Source of the DNA: Antedon mediterranea
Lineage: Eukaryota; Animalia; Echinodermata
NCBI RefSeq assembly: GCF_964355755.1
Contig: NC_092677.1
Span: 18,250,101 to 18,314,100, forward strand
Length of the DNA: 64,000 nucleotides
Direction of reading: 5' to 3'
Below, one piece after another: positions 24,423-37,379 of this stretch. The stretch's first letter is position 1. Each line of letters opens with the position of its first letter. The notes below the pieces were generated by a model that was not told the origin of the DNA, did not search any database, and saw only the letters and a program-made list of their open reading frames with translations. The position numbers and the translations under genes are program-made.

Positions 24423-27400
24423 AGTTGTATTGTCCCCAAAACATGAAAAATAAAGATGAAAAAAATCCAATTTTGAATAGACCATTTTGCAGTTATAATA
24501 AAGTTATTCACTTTCGCCGAAAAAAAATCCGAAAAAAATTTTGATTTCGCTTATAAAAAATCAAAATAAATTTACCATTTTTTCGAACTCATAAGCTCAG
24601 AAATTCCAAAATATTTGATGGTTAGCTAACAACTCATAAATATGCATGATATTTTAATGAGCATCCAAACAGGGGAGATCCGATCTGTTATCTTCACCAC
24701 ATATGGGCGACGAACAGAAGAAAGTGCTGGGGTTTCCCTGATCGTATGATACTGGGCCGATCCAGGGGGGGGGGGAGGGTGTCCACGGGGTCCGGACCCC
24801 CACCCCTAAATTTTAAGGGTGCCCTTTTTTTAGAGGTTCAATATTTTATTCGTGACATATTTGTGTTTATATTAGTATGCACAGAGTAGGCTACACTAAC
24901 CCCAAAAATAACAAGGCCAACAGCCATAAGTCGCGTGCTAAAACGCATAGTGATACCGGACCGACAGACAGACCGACAGACTGACCGACCGACCGACATA
25001 GTGAACTAAAGAGTCGCGAGAGGTGGTGACGCGTGATGATCTCTACTTAAACTTCTAAAAATAGATCGTTTCACATACTACAGAGGGCGCATGTAAACTT
25101 TTTTTGCGCTTTTCAAGATGCCTCGTATATTAGAGAGAGGGAGAAAGCGCAAACAGCAAGATTTGGCAGAACAAGCCAAACTGGTTACATACTAGTAATA
25201 ATGATGATCAGCTAGATACCTCTGGACCACCTATTTTTTTACCCGCCGCCGCTGAAGTCTGTAATAATGATCAGCAAGGCCTAGATACCTCAAGCTCTGG
25301 ACCACCTACTTTTTTACCCGCCGCCGCTGACGAGGTCTGTCTCCTCCCATTTTTTGTTTATCAAATTAGAAACGGAAAAGCTGCTCATTTAAATCAAATA
25401 AATTCAGTAATCAACATGAACACAATGTCGAATGATAAAAGATTACATGCATCATCAATTGATAATAATAATGGATTATTATCATTGATGACCGTATCGG
25501 AAGAACGCAACAAAAAAGATGTATCTATTGTTAGTCGCCACGTGCTTAGGCTTAGGCTATGCTCACTTTGCTGTTTGCTAGCTAGCTCGCTAATAAAGTG
25601 TCATTTCCGGCGAACTAGAAAGGTGCCATTTATCATGGATTTTGCGTGCGAGAGTACCATTTCCGGCCATCTAAGTGTGTCCTGTAACAAAATTCGCTTC
25701 GCCACAACCCTGTGGCTCAAATACTCAATATCTGATGTGCCCTTTTTATCGGCGGACCCCCCTCTCAAAAATGTCTGGATCCGCCCCAGTGATGTAAAAA
25801 GCTCTGCCGTTAATTTGCTGGTGAGTAGAATTTTATTTTCGATGAATGACACATCCTCCTATAAAAGTTATATCGCAAACTAGACGTTTTTGGCGTATAG
25901 TTACAGGCTTAGCTATCTAGGCAAGGGCTAAAGCATCACTAGGGCCTAGTAAGTAGTTCACTACTGTGTAGTGTAGCAGCTGTAGGCAGGTAGATAATCT
26001 AGTCAGAAAAGTAGACGGGAACCCACTGAGGCCTAGCTAGGTCCTATATACCGTACTCACCTAACTAGGCCATCACTCCACAACTAGCTACAGCAAATAG
26101 GCCTACTATGTTGCTGTACCATTAATATACATTTGGAGCTAGAATTAATTTTAAAGTCTAAAAAAGACTAACAATTATGACAAAAAACAAACATTTGGAA
26201 AATGATCAGGATACAGTACCCAAATAAGTTGACGGTAGAATAGATTGTTGTTGATAGCAACCAAAACGAAAACACTAGTAATTAGACTAGGCCTTTTTTA
26301 GGGAGGAGATGTACTTTTCAGGAATTCTTATACTGTACATTAGTACCCCAAATTGAAAACTTCAGATTCATATACAGAAATAATAACTATATGTATGCAA
26401 TAAATTGTGAAATATTTAACTTTTCTATTTGACTTTTGTATTTATACATCATTGTTTTTAAATTTATAGATTTAAGCTAATGAAGACTGGAACAGAGGTT
26501 ACACCCATACTGCATAAAGGCAACTGGCGGTAGACTCGGTAGTGGAACACAAGATAAATATTGGATGACTATCATAGAGCATTCGGCAAATGTGTTTGTT
26601 GTTTTCCAGCTTTTAAAATGTTGTATAGTTTTCATAATAAAAGCAATAAAATTTGTATAAATTATTTTGCAAACATAGCAACAGCATTAAATAAATAAAA
26701 AATACTACTACAGTACATGAGATAAAATCTCCATAATTTTAATGTGTGAAGATTTACAATACAGTACAGTAAAAAATGAGTTAATTATTAGTATATTTCA
26801 TTGAATGTCTGCATTATTGTTGACAATTTATTTTCAACTATTAATTGATGTGTTGATTGTGTCATTACAGCAATAGCTTGTATTCTGTGATTGTTCATCC
26901 ATTTTAAAGTGTCATAGTAAGAAACGTTCAAATAAATATTGTGAATGTTGCTACCACATTTTGTATTTATTTCTTCACCATTTTCCACTACTTGTTCACA
27001 TTTTCCATTCAATTAGTGTGTTAATACCTATTAAAACAAAGACATTTTTATTAAAATATCTACATAAAAAAGTTTAATTGTGTGAAAGTTGGTTTGAACG
27101 TTATTGCTTTGGAAGAATTTTCAACATAACGGTACTAAAGTACTGTAAAGTACACATCCCAAAAAATATTTAACTTAGATGATTTTGGTCATTTTCTCTA
27201 AAATAATTACATTATTGGATGTACAGTAGGCCTATAGGCCTAGTTACAATTTTCACAAATTTATATTAGCATTAAAATCTAATTAATCATGAAGGAAAAA
27301 CCAAGCACCATAATCTCTCCTGGCCCTGGTTTTATTTTTGGCAGCCATTCACAAGTTTTTACTTTTTGGGTTTCGCTGCTCTTATGTATAATTTTTTTTA

Positions 27401-28144
27401 ATCACAAACTCTACATAGAAAAGAAAATTAAATGTTTTGAAATGAATGATATATGAATAATGATGAAGGACTCTTATTATAGTATTATATACTACTAAAA
27501 CCTTATTCTTTACTCCATGCTCACAGATGAATGTAATATTGTAGGCCTAATCCTATTTAAAGCTAGGTTGGCAATAACTATTAATAAGGCTTACAAGTTG
27601 TAGCTATTAGTATTAGCTAGGCCTACTACTCACTCAGGCCTACAACTAGTAGGCCTACTACTAGACTAGCTAGGCCTACTCTATGGATGGTAGGCCTAGC
27701 CCATCATAGATAGGGGATTGTACACTAGCCAGTACAGCTGTACTGGGCTAGCTAGGCTTCCTATACTAACTAACAAAGCTGCACAATATAAACTACAGTT
27801 CTTACTTACCAATCTGCTAGGGCCTAGCCATAGTATTTTCTTCAGATAGGAGTTGTTTTTCTGTTGTTAAACTACAGAACTTTCCCATATCGTCGTCTCG
27901 CCATATCATCGTCGTGTTTTTGGTGATGACCTAGAGGTCACATATACGCACAAGAATCATACAATATGCATAATTCATAAGCTAATTCAGGTCAAGGGTT
28001 AAATTAAACCGGAAGCCAGCTGGCTGCCAGCCAACCGACTTCCGATTTTCTCAGGTAAATTATTTTTTTTTTCGATCCAATTTTTTTTTAAAGTGAATAA
28101 CTTTTATTTATCATTAAAATGGTCTATTCAACAACAACACATCT
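24423..28144. mobile_element. Kolobok-like DNA transposon (decayed)
   Basis: TTAA TSD at 24419-22 and 28145-48, termini AG..CT. Subterminal inverted blocks TTGAATAGACCATTTT / AAAATGGTCTATTCAA and AAAGTTATTCACTTT / AAAGTGAATAACTTT. Confidence 0.75.
24751..25790. mobile_element. TIR-bounded non-autonomous element nested in the Kolobok; contains a short HINE at ~24910-25017
   Basis: ACTGGGCCGATCCAG ... CTGGATCCGCCCCAGT, flanked by GAT/GAT. Superfamily uncertain. Confidence 0.6.
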
Positions 28145-28819
28145 TTAAGTTCTTTGTTTGGTAGACCATATACAATTGCAATACAGTAATCTAATTTACG
28201 GATGTAGGAAGCCTCAACATTAATCCTATTTTTTTTTCATCCTATCATTTTCATTTCTATAATTTGTAAAAATAATGATAAATTATGAAATTATTTAATC
28301 TATAAAAGGTCCATAACAATACAAATGGTAGATCATTGTATTTTTGTCTAGATTTGGTAGTTTTCTTAGGTTTACGAATTAAGTTTTCCTTTGGTTAAGG
28401 TGGATATGTCGACTGATGTTAATAATGTATATAATTTGCTTTGTAATTTTTTTTATTTATTCAATATAATCTTTGGTCTATGTAGCAAGGGAAAGTATTC
28501 TACAAATTAAGACTCGACTCAACATAGCTGAACTGGAATCAAGCACATTGTGTTTAGGAATTCTTGATATTAATGTTAGATGATGTGAGATAAAACGAGA
28601 AAATAGAATATGTAAAGTTTATCACAGAAATAAAATTAAAAGATGAAAACCACTTTCTGTTAATGTGTTAATACAACTTAAAACTATCGTTTGATTTGTT
28701 TTGCAAAATACACTGAATTTGGAAAAAACATTATTGATGTTGTATCCGCTTTAATAATAAAGAATAAATCAAAAACTTTGTTATTGTTAACGGTCATGCA
28801 TTTTCACATATTAATGCTA

Positions 28820-30291
28820 TCTATATATAAATTTACTAAAGGGAAAAATTCGATAAATCTCGATTTATTTCAAGAATTTTTACTCGATGGTATATAAAGT
28901 TGGTTCATACTTTCGGTACTGATTTTAACCATCTGATTTAACCCTGTTTACTAATTAAATTGAGTTAGGTAATTAGTTATTGACAATTAAAACAAATTTA
29001 GGTTCAACGATTTTCCCCAAATAGGGGTGTTTTCCAATCGTGGTATACACTGTCTAATGAATGTCCATGGAAAAATACCCGCACACAATAATACGAGTAT
29101 GCTTCGCATTTTCCTATCTCCTACTACGATAATTGTTTTTAATCGAGTATAGCATCATAATTTTGAAGACAGGCATTTTCTTTAAAAAAATACTATTTTG
29201 ATAGATTTAATATAAATTTATACAACTGTTTTGATCTGCGATAAATGGAACATTCCAATCTCTGTTCCACAAGTGTCTATTCCCTCAGTCGTCGTAAAGA
29301 CAAGTACTGTACCGTCATAACAGAAATTCGATCCATTTTATCCAATCTGTGCTCCAGAGGTTGGATATAGGTATTTTTTTAAACGGATAATGAGCTAGCC
29401 TTTCCAGTCGCCGTCTATTATGTACAATCATCTTTATTATTGCAGTTAAACCACCACCCACACCACCACCCTCCCACTCACTGGCATGAGTAGCATTGAA
29501 AAGCCATTAGGGGATAGGCCTACGGTACGGTATGAAGGATCACATGCCCTAAACGCAGATCAACTTTGGTGGTTAGAAACCAACTTAAATATGAATTGGC
29601 TCTAATCTAAGAAACAATTCAAAGCCATAAGACCTACTAATTAAGTTAAGTTAGATAATTATTTATTGACGATTAAAGCGAATTTACGATATTCCCCGAA
29701 TAGAGATGTTTAGGCTACTTTATTACTGACAGTTCCTTCTGAACGTTAATATTAATTAATAACCTAATTACTGTACAAAAATATAAACGTCGTATTAGTG
29801 TACTATTTCAATCGACTATATGGTGACAGTTTCAACAAAGTATTAAATAGCAATGTTTTACTGTGTTTAGTCATGGAGGTATAAATACCTCCATGGTTTA
29901 ATGGTATATTATTTGTAAAACATGAAAACAATTAATATTTCGTTACTAAATGGATAAAGAATATATTTAAAAATTGTTCGTCTTTGCACCCATCCTCTTC
30001 CCTATCCCTCAACCTTCATGTTGTATACAAAACACAAATTCAGTTTGTTTCAAAACAATTGGTCTTATTTTGTGACAAGTTTCTCTTTCGGAAGTAATTC
30101 CCAGGGTGCTAATTTTAGTTGAGTACATAAATCACCGTGTCTATTTATTCGTTCCTGTAAGCGACAAGTATTATTGTCTTGCATGTACATTTGAAGTCGC
30201 CAATTTTTTAAAGATGAAATTACTATGTATTCGAGAACCATCTGTGGGCATGACCGAGATGGTACGCGAGCGAAGCGAGCGTACCATCTAG
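28820..30291 (+). mobile_element. Non-autonomous canonical Helitron, copy 1
   Basis: A|TC...CTAG|T, no TSD, terminal hairpin AGATGGTACGC-GAGCGAAGCGA-GCGTACCATCT. Confidence 0.85.
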
Positions 30292-30500
30292 TTATTATAA
30301 TTTTACAATATTGTAAAATTATTATAATTTTACAATATTGTAAGACACCAGCACGTTACGCTGAACGTTATGGAATTTAGAAACAGGTAAACTTATCCTT
30401 AATTGTATAATATCATAATCACAATTATTAACAATTAAAATTGTAAACATTACAACATTTACATTTTTTAAAGTAAGAAAATAAATAGTAAAACACTTAC

Positions 30501-30572
30501 AATGTTACCAATGATTTTAAACCGCCAAATGGATTTGTAGGCAATACTGCTATGTCGTTTTCTTGTAAATAC
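30501..30572 (-). CDS. LRR exon 4: YLQENDIAVLPTNPFGGLKSLVTL
   Basis: 72 nt, AG / GTAAGT, phase 2/2. Confidence 0.85.
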
Positions 30573-31522
30573 CTTTAACGAAATATAAGTAAGAGTAAGT
30601 TAACAAAATCACCTCCTTTATATTGGAGAAAATAGTTAAAGTTGCCTGTGTCAGTGGTTGAAATAGTGACCGTAAATAAATGTATTGTATTACGTGTATT
30701 ACTAGATGGTCGATAACAATAGGAACGTTAAATTATTATTTAAAAAAAGAATTTAAAGTTTATTGACAGATTGTAGATTATTCGGTTTTTAACTAGATTT
30801 GGTAGATTTGTTTATGCCTACGAGTTCATTTTCCTTTGGTCAAGGGGGATTGGTCGGCTGAATTTATATGATTTAGCTTTGTAATTTATTTGTTATATAG
30901 GTAAAGTCTCTGAACATTGTCTCAATGGTGTAATGATTTATTTGCAGTTTAGCACGTGACAGTATTCTTCCTCCTCTGGGCCTACGGCATAATGTGAGCG
31001 AAAACATCAGTATACATTTGCCAAAAAGTGACATAAAAGTATAAAGAATACTCGATAACAATACTTTATAATAATCTCATATTGCACCTCTACGTACTTA
31101 CACATTGTTTGGTAATGTAGTGTAAAAAAGTGACATAAAAGTATAAAGAATACACGATAAAAATACTTTATATTAATCTCATATAGCACCTCTACATACT
31201 CGCAAATTGTTTCTATATATAAATTTACGTAAGGGCAAAATTCGGTAAATCGCGCGTTATTTCTAGAATGTTTACTCGATGGTATATAAAGTTGGTTAGA
31301 ATCTCGGTACTGATTTTAACCACCTGATGTAACCATGTTTACTAATTAAATTGACTTAGATAATTAGTTATTGACAATTAAAACGAATTTAGGTTCAACG
31401 ATTTTCCCCAAATAGGGGTGCTTTTCGATCGTAGTATACACTGGATGTCCTTTTGAAAAATACCTGCACACAATAACACGAGGATGCTTCGCATTTTTAC
31501 TATCTCCTCCTACGATAATTGT

Positions 31523-31641
31523 TTTTAGTCGCGTGGACGCGACTCTATAGTTCACTATGTCGGTCGGTCGGTCTGTCGGTCTGTCTGTCGGTCCGGTATC
31601 ACTATGCGTTTTAGCACGCGACTTATGGCTGTTGGCATTGT
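31523..31641 (-). mobile_element. HINE family A, minimal complete copy
   Basis: Inserted in a T-run without TSD. Empty site TGTTTTTAATAGC at ~57905. Confidence 0.85.
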
Positions 31642-31756
31642 TAATAGCTGAAAACTGGTTGAACAGATCGAGTACAGTATCATAATGTTGAAGACAGGCC
31701 GATTTTCTTTAAAAAATACTATTTTTATAGATTTAATATAAGTTTATACAAATGTA

Positions 31757-32820
31757 CTATCAAGGTCACGTTACAAACCGCAGAGAAAAAAACGAGGTGT
31801 TCAGACCCATAGCGTACGATTATCGTTACAACGGAAGTACGTCATCCAGGTTGTTTCTAGTTGCATATTCATGTGCTCTTACCCACGTGTTTTCATCATT
31901 ATTTCCACTGTATATAGGCCTAGATCTCAGCCCTACAATTATGACAAAATTTGCCGTAAATAAAACATACCTCAGCATTTATTTAAGAAAAATATAGTAA
32001 AGCCAAATTTCTGTTTCTATTCTTTTTATTTTGTAGTAAAAAACATTCTCCCCAGGCTCTTGTGTTACGAAAATAAAGCAGGCCTCGTAATGATGAAGAA
32101 AAAATATGATTGTGATTAGTCTATCCAGTCCAGTCAAAGATATTATATTCTTTGGTCCAGTCGGTTGAAAATAACCCTTAACTTGCTAATAAAAGGGACA
32201 CAGCTCCCCTTGTTTGTTTACTAATTTTTTTAGGAGTTAGGGGGTTTTCAGCATTAAACTTGTCCAGTCTAGTCTGCCTTGTATGAATGAGTGACTTGAT
32301 GTCCTACGCTAGTTTTTAGCTTGAATGAAATGCGTGAATGGCTCTAGGCCTAGCTAGGCCTAAAAGCGGATGGGATCGTAGTCCCTATGTTTAAATACAA
32401 GGTGCATGTATCTATGTCATTTGTTAGAAAATATAATGGTAATCAGTTGATAATAGTTTGTAGCCTTTGTAAGAGTTGTATTTGTAGTGTAGTTAGGCCT
32501 TATTTATTCTGGCCTTTTTGTTATTGAAATCCATCTAACACAATAGACGATACAAGATGTCGGCCTAGGTCAAACCTTGTTTCGCGTCATAACAGGAAAC
32601 GTTCTGATTGGATACAACGTTGACTTACAGTAGCGTCGTAAGCTAAAACGGTACTATCAACCGTTTTCCACTACAACGCTACAACCGTTGTACGACGCGT
32701 TGTACGCTAATCCCCAACTGTTCAGACACACATTCTTTTAGCGTCGTACGCTAAAACGGTCTAACGCCATGGGTCTGAACAGGGCCTAAGGCTCTGCGGT
32801 TTGTAACGTGACCTTGATAG
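31757..32820. mobile_element. TIR element with TA TSD enclosing a Harbinger-like element
   Basis: Perfect 29-bp TIR CTATCAAGGTCACGTTACAAACCGCAGAG with TA on both sides. Inner ends TGTTCAGACCCAT / ATGGGTCTGAACAGGGCC. Confidence 0.75.
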
Positions 32821-33759
32821 TAACGTTGTACGCTAAAACGGTCTAACGCCATGGGTCTGAACAGGGCCTTAGACTCCCAGTTTGTAGGTAAATTTATGAG
32901 CCCTTGGTGTAACACAAGTAGGTAAATTTATGGGCTCTTGGAGAATAAACTTAAAACTGAGATATAGTATTGCAACACTTTTGACAATATTGTAGCCTAA
33001 ATACGTAACCATTTTTGGTCGCCATTTGAATCGACATTTTTTTACTGTGAATGTGGTTACTGTTAGATATATAAACACATATACAAGGAACATTTAATAC
33101 TGACTGTGGGTAGCCTCTACTGCTGGATATATAAACAGATAATATACAAATAAAAACTTTATTACCAGTTTTTTTACGCGGAAATTACCGTGTATTCGAG
33201 AACCATCTGTGGACACGACCTAGATGGTACGCGAGCGAAGCGAGCGTACCATCTAGTGTTTAGTAATGTAGTGTAAGCAAAGATACTAAAAGATACGAAG
33301 CATTTGTTCTATAATACAACACTTCTGTAAGGTCTTAAACCTAAAAGGACTTTGATGCAAGAATTAACAATTGTAACATTTGTACATTTAAGAAAACCAT
33401 TTTCTTACCACTGAATACCCTGTAATACAAAAAACAGTACAACTTAAACCTATCATTTGAATTATATTGCCAAAAAACCAAAACATTTTCTGTTTTATCC
33501 GCTTGGACAAAAAAGAATTAATCAAAGAAGTTGTTATTGTTCACAGTCATTGTTATTGTTCACAGTCATTAACACCAGTAGCGCTTCACTTTGATACCCT
33601 TTAACGTATTACTGTTATAGTGTACCCTCATTTTACAAGATATTAAAGGCCTAATACAACGTCATGGTGGTATTTAGAAACAGCTAATTAACACGATGAT
33701 TTACTTAAAATTGTAAAGCTTTTAAATTTGTACAAGAAAATATATAAAAAAACACTTAC

Positions 33760-33831
33760 AGTTTAACCAACGATGTCAAACCACCAAATGCATTTTCAGG
33801 CAATGTATTAATGCCGTTACGTCTTAAATTC
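33760..33831 (-). CDS. LRR exon 3: NLRRNGINTLPENAFGGLTSLVKL
   Basis: 72 nt, AG / GTAAGT, phase 2/2. Confidence 0.85.
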
Positions 33832-34828
33832 CTTAAAAATAAAACATGAACACTTTGGTAAGTAACAGTTTACGAGCCTTTTCTTTGGAGAAAATAGTTA
33901 CATGTGTGTATGTCAGTGGAATAAATAGAGAACGTAAAAAAATGTGTAATCTGTATTGTGTACTGTGATATACCAAATAAACAAACAGTATTCAAACAAT
34001 CCACTTGGCAAGTGCTTTTATTTGTATTCTCACATTCATATACAGTATAACAAACGTTCCAGTCAAGTGTATTCTCACATTCATATAATACCAAACGTTT
34101 TTCTGTGTGCAGTAGGCTAGCATGTATCGCATCTATAACTAACGCTATTGTGTCCGCGTCGTTGTATGCCCCGTTATTATAAAGGACTGACCATCTGTAG
34201 ACCAATATGCAAAGTAAAGCAACTCGCAGACCAAGTAGGCTATACATAAATAACTACGTAAACACTACATGTACTATTATTGTGTACAACGTGAGGGTAG
34301 GAAATGTAATATCCTTTACAATGATACAAAATTTAATATTTAACATGAAGGGGATCTTGTGATACGTACGTTATGTCGAAGCATGTATAAAGAAATATAC
34401 AAATCAAATAACAGTTTTGAGAAAATCATGATTGATTGTCAGTGTTATTTTATAAGTATCACACAAATATTATACAATGAAATGTTTTTTTGTAGGATGT
34501 TAATTACTGTGCCAATGTAGTCCTATACAAAAACTATTTCCACATGCTATGTAAACAGGTCAAATGTCAATTTAAGGGATAAGCCAATTACAAGTCAAAA
34601 CAGTACTATATTTCTACTACGTGCTAACCATTACGTGGCGTATCCTTGACAACGGATTTCTGTTTATAAAAAGAATTAAAAAAAAAGATATTATAGGCCT
34701 AGTACAACGTCATGGTGGTATTTAGAAACAGCTAAACCTACCCTTAAATGTATAATTAACATGATTTACTTAAAATTGTAGAGTTTTTAAATGTGTACAT
34801 GTAAGAAAAAACATTAGAAAACACTTAC

Positions 34829-34900
34829 AATGTATCCAATGATGCCAAACCAACAAATGCATTTTCAGGCACTGTAGTAATGTCGTTACTGTTTAAATCC
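34829..34900 (-). CDS. LRR exon 2: DLNSNDITTVPENAFVGLASLDTL
   Basis: 72 nt, AG / GTAAGT, phase 2/2. Visible at the end of ORF 34825..35043. Confidence 0.88.
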
Positions 34901-35670
34901 CTTAAAAATAAGACACGAACACTTGGTAAATAACAGTTCATAAGTTGAGAGCTTCTTCTTTGGGGAAAATAGTTACAGTTGTGTATTGTAATGTAATGAT
35001 ATATATTTATAATTGAAAAATCAACATTAGTATCACAATCCAATTGAATTCACTAATTTGCCCCAGAAAGGTACAGAGAAGGAATTGTCCAGATATTGTA
35101 AATGTCCACTAGGCACAATAATTAGTTCCCCAAAGAAAACAGTTGATTTCTTTCCCATCGTAAAACTATTAGATATTGACAGTTATATGCACAGATTGGA
35201 CAGAGCCAATCCATTATCGGAATACCTTATAGACACAATCAACTCATCCAAAATATACCTAGATAAACTTAGGACCTATAGTTAAGATGATGTAATGACA
35301 TATGCTAACAGAAGCCGATATACCACCAAGTTTCAGAAGAACCCAGACGCACCTAACAGACACTTCTTCGGAGCAGACACCTTGCTGACACTTCCTCGGA
35401 AGCACATCTACAGCTACGCCTTACTTACAGAATCATTTATACTTTGTTCCTGTTTCTTTATTTCTATACTTATTATTTAAACTGGCACTGTCATAGTCGA
35501 TTAAAATAGTAAAGTACATGTACCGATACACCACTACGACGTATTTTTTGTAATTACTAATTATTTACAAACGTTGAGAAGCAACAACTGTCAGTAATAA
35601 AATATAAATTTATATATTATGTGTTTATAATCTAACAGTTGGGCCTACCCACACTCGCAATAATAAAGTT

Positions 35671-35752
35671 TATTACCTCCGCCAAGGAGGTTATGTTTTC
35701 ACCCCTGTATGTGGGTGGGTGTGGGTGGGTGTAGGGGTGGGTGTGTGTGTGT

Positions 35753-35787
<35 letters not shown>

Positions 35788-36270
35788 TGTGAACAGCCTG
35801 GAGGCCACAGTTTTCATCCGAATCCGGCCAAATTTGGCCACAATGATCTATGCCCAAAAAGCTCGGATGAGTTCGAATTTGAGGGGAAAAGTTCATAGGT
35901 CAAGGTCACAACTAACAAAAAACAATTTTACTGCCTAGAGATCACAGTTTTTAACCAATTCTCAACTTAGCCACAATGATCAATGACACATCATATAATT
36001 GTGGCTAAATTTTGAAGGGTCCGGGTCAAAGATCAAGGTCCACAAAAAAAAAAATTTAAAAAACCCTTGAACTAGCGATCTCAACTGTGAGAGGCTGGAT
36101 ACATAACCATTACACCACACTGTCATCCACAACTTTGTAGTATGCAGTAAGCCTATTTACACTTAGAACTAATAAAAAAAAATGTTAAAAAAAAAATATT
36201 CAGGGGCATTTTTTATGTAGGGGAATTTTACAGTAGGCGGATGTTTGTACTCTCCGAGTATCCTCTAGTT
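35671..36270 (+). mobile_element. Helentron-type element family B with (GT)n
   Basis: TATTACCTCCGCCAAGGAGGTTATGTTTTC start, GT microsatellite, end TACTCTCCGAGTATCCTCTAGTT. Confidence 0.7.
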
Positions 36271-36570
36271 TGTATATATGTTTATATTATATCTAACAGT
36301 ACAAACACTCACAGTAAGAAATTTGCGATTCCAATGGCGGCCAAAAGTGGTTATGTATTTACAGTATTATATATTGCAATACCATATCTTAAGGTTTTAA
36401 GTTTATTCTCCAAGGGTCCATAAATGTATTTACTTGTGTTAAACCAAATAATTTGTAATGTTCCATTTAGTGGAGTCTGTTAGGAATATTTTGGTTCATT
36501 TTTTCCAAAAGCACCAAATTTGGTATACAGGTTGACAACCCTATACAAATTCAATTTTTGATGGGCGGCA

Positions 36571-36635
36571 AGCATAATTTAAAATTTGCATAATTTAAAA
36601 TTTGCATAATTTAAAATTTGCATAATTTAAAATTT
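36571..36635. repeat. 16-bp minisatellite x4 (GCATAATTTAAAATTT)
   Basis: Directly visible. Confidence 0.9.
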
Positions 36636-37307
36636 ATTTGATTATAAATGTTATTATATTACAAATTAAATGCCCCAATAAACGCAGTACTTGTTGATGT
36701 TATATTCATCATCTAAGACGCATTTCAATAATTGTAACCGAAAACGTCCTATCCAGAACGTCCTTTTACAATCTGTGTAGTTTTTACATAAGTCATGTCA
36801 CCCTCTAGTAATTTTAGAAATACAGACAATCAATGGTGTAATGATTTATTTGCAGTCTAGCACGTGACAGTATTCTTCCTCCTCTGGGCCTACGGCAGAA
36901 TGTGACCGAAAACATCAGTATACATTTACCAAAAAGTGACATAAAAGTATAAGAATATTCGATAACAATACTTTATAATAATCTCATTTATTGCCGCTAC
37001 ATACTCAATTGACAACACATTTTATGTTTTATCCGCTTTGACAATAAAGAATAAATCAAACAAAGAAGTTGTTATTGTTCAGTCATTATCACCAGTAGCG
37101 CTTAACTTTGATAACATACCCTTTAACGTATTGTTATAGTGTGCCGACATTATACAAGATATTAGAAGCATAATACAACGCATGGTGGTATTTAGAAACA
37201 GCTGAACCTACCCTTAATAATGTATAATTTCACAATTAACATGTTTTACTTAAAATTGCAAAGTTTTTAAATGTGTACAAGTAAGAAAAAACATTATAAA
37301 CACTTAC

Positions 37308-37379
37308 AGTGTAACCAATGATGTCAAACCAACAAATGTATTTTCAGGCAATGTAGTCATGCCGTTACTGCTTAAATCC
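37308..37379 (-). CDS. LRR exon 1: DLSSNGMTTLPENTFVGLTSLVTL
   Basis: 72 nt, AG / GTAAGT, phase 2/2. Confidence 0.85.

Larger units (their letters stand above)
23990..28204 (-). mobile_element. L2-like LINE 3' fragment split by a Kolobok insertion
   Basis: Removing 24423-28148 restores IRKLDYCIAIVYGLPNKELNKLQLCLTTATRLTSG. Confidence 0.7.
31212..33256 (+). mobile_element. Helitron copy 2 with nested insertions
   Basis: Same TC 5' end and CTAG 3' hairpin end. Carries a HINE (31523-31641) and a TA-flanked TIR element. Confidence 0.8.

Noticed and set aside
25416-25883. 155-aa ORF
   Set aside because: It crosses the end of a non-autonomous TIR element and shows no recognisable domain.
33409-33419. 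11-nt minus-strand micro-exon with good AG/GT sites inside the LRR array
   Set aside because: It would shift the frame. More likely a collapsed cassette remnant or chance.
35632-35938. His/Thr- and Cys/Val-rich ORFs (similar cases at 7158, 12116, 18121-18566)
   Set aside because: These are translations of microsatellites or minisatellites.
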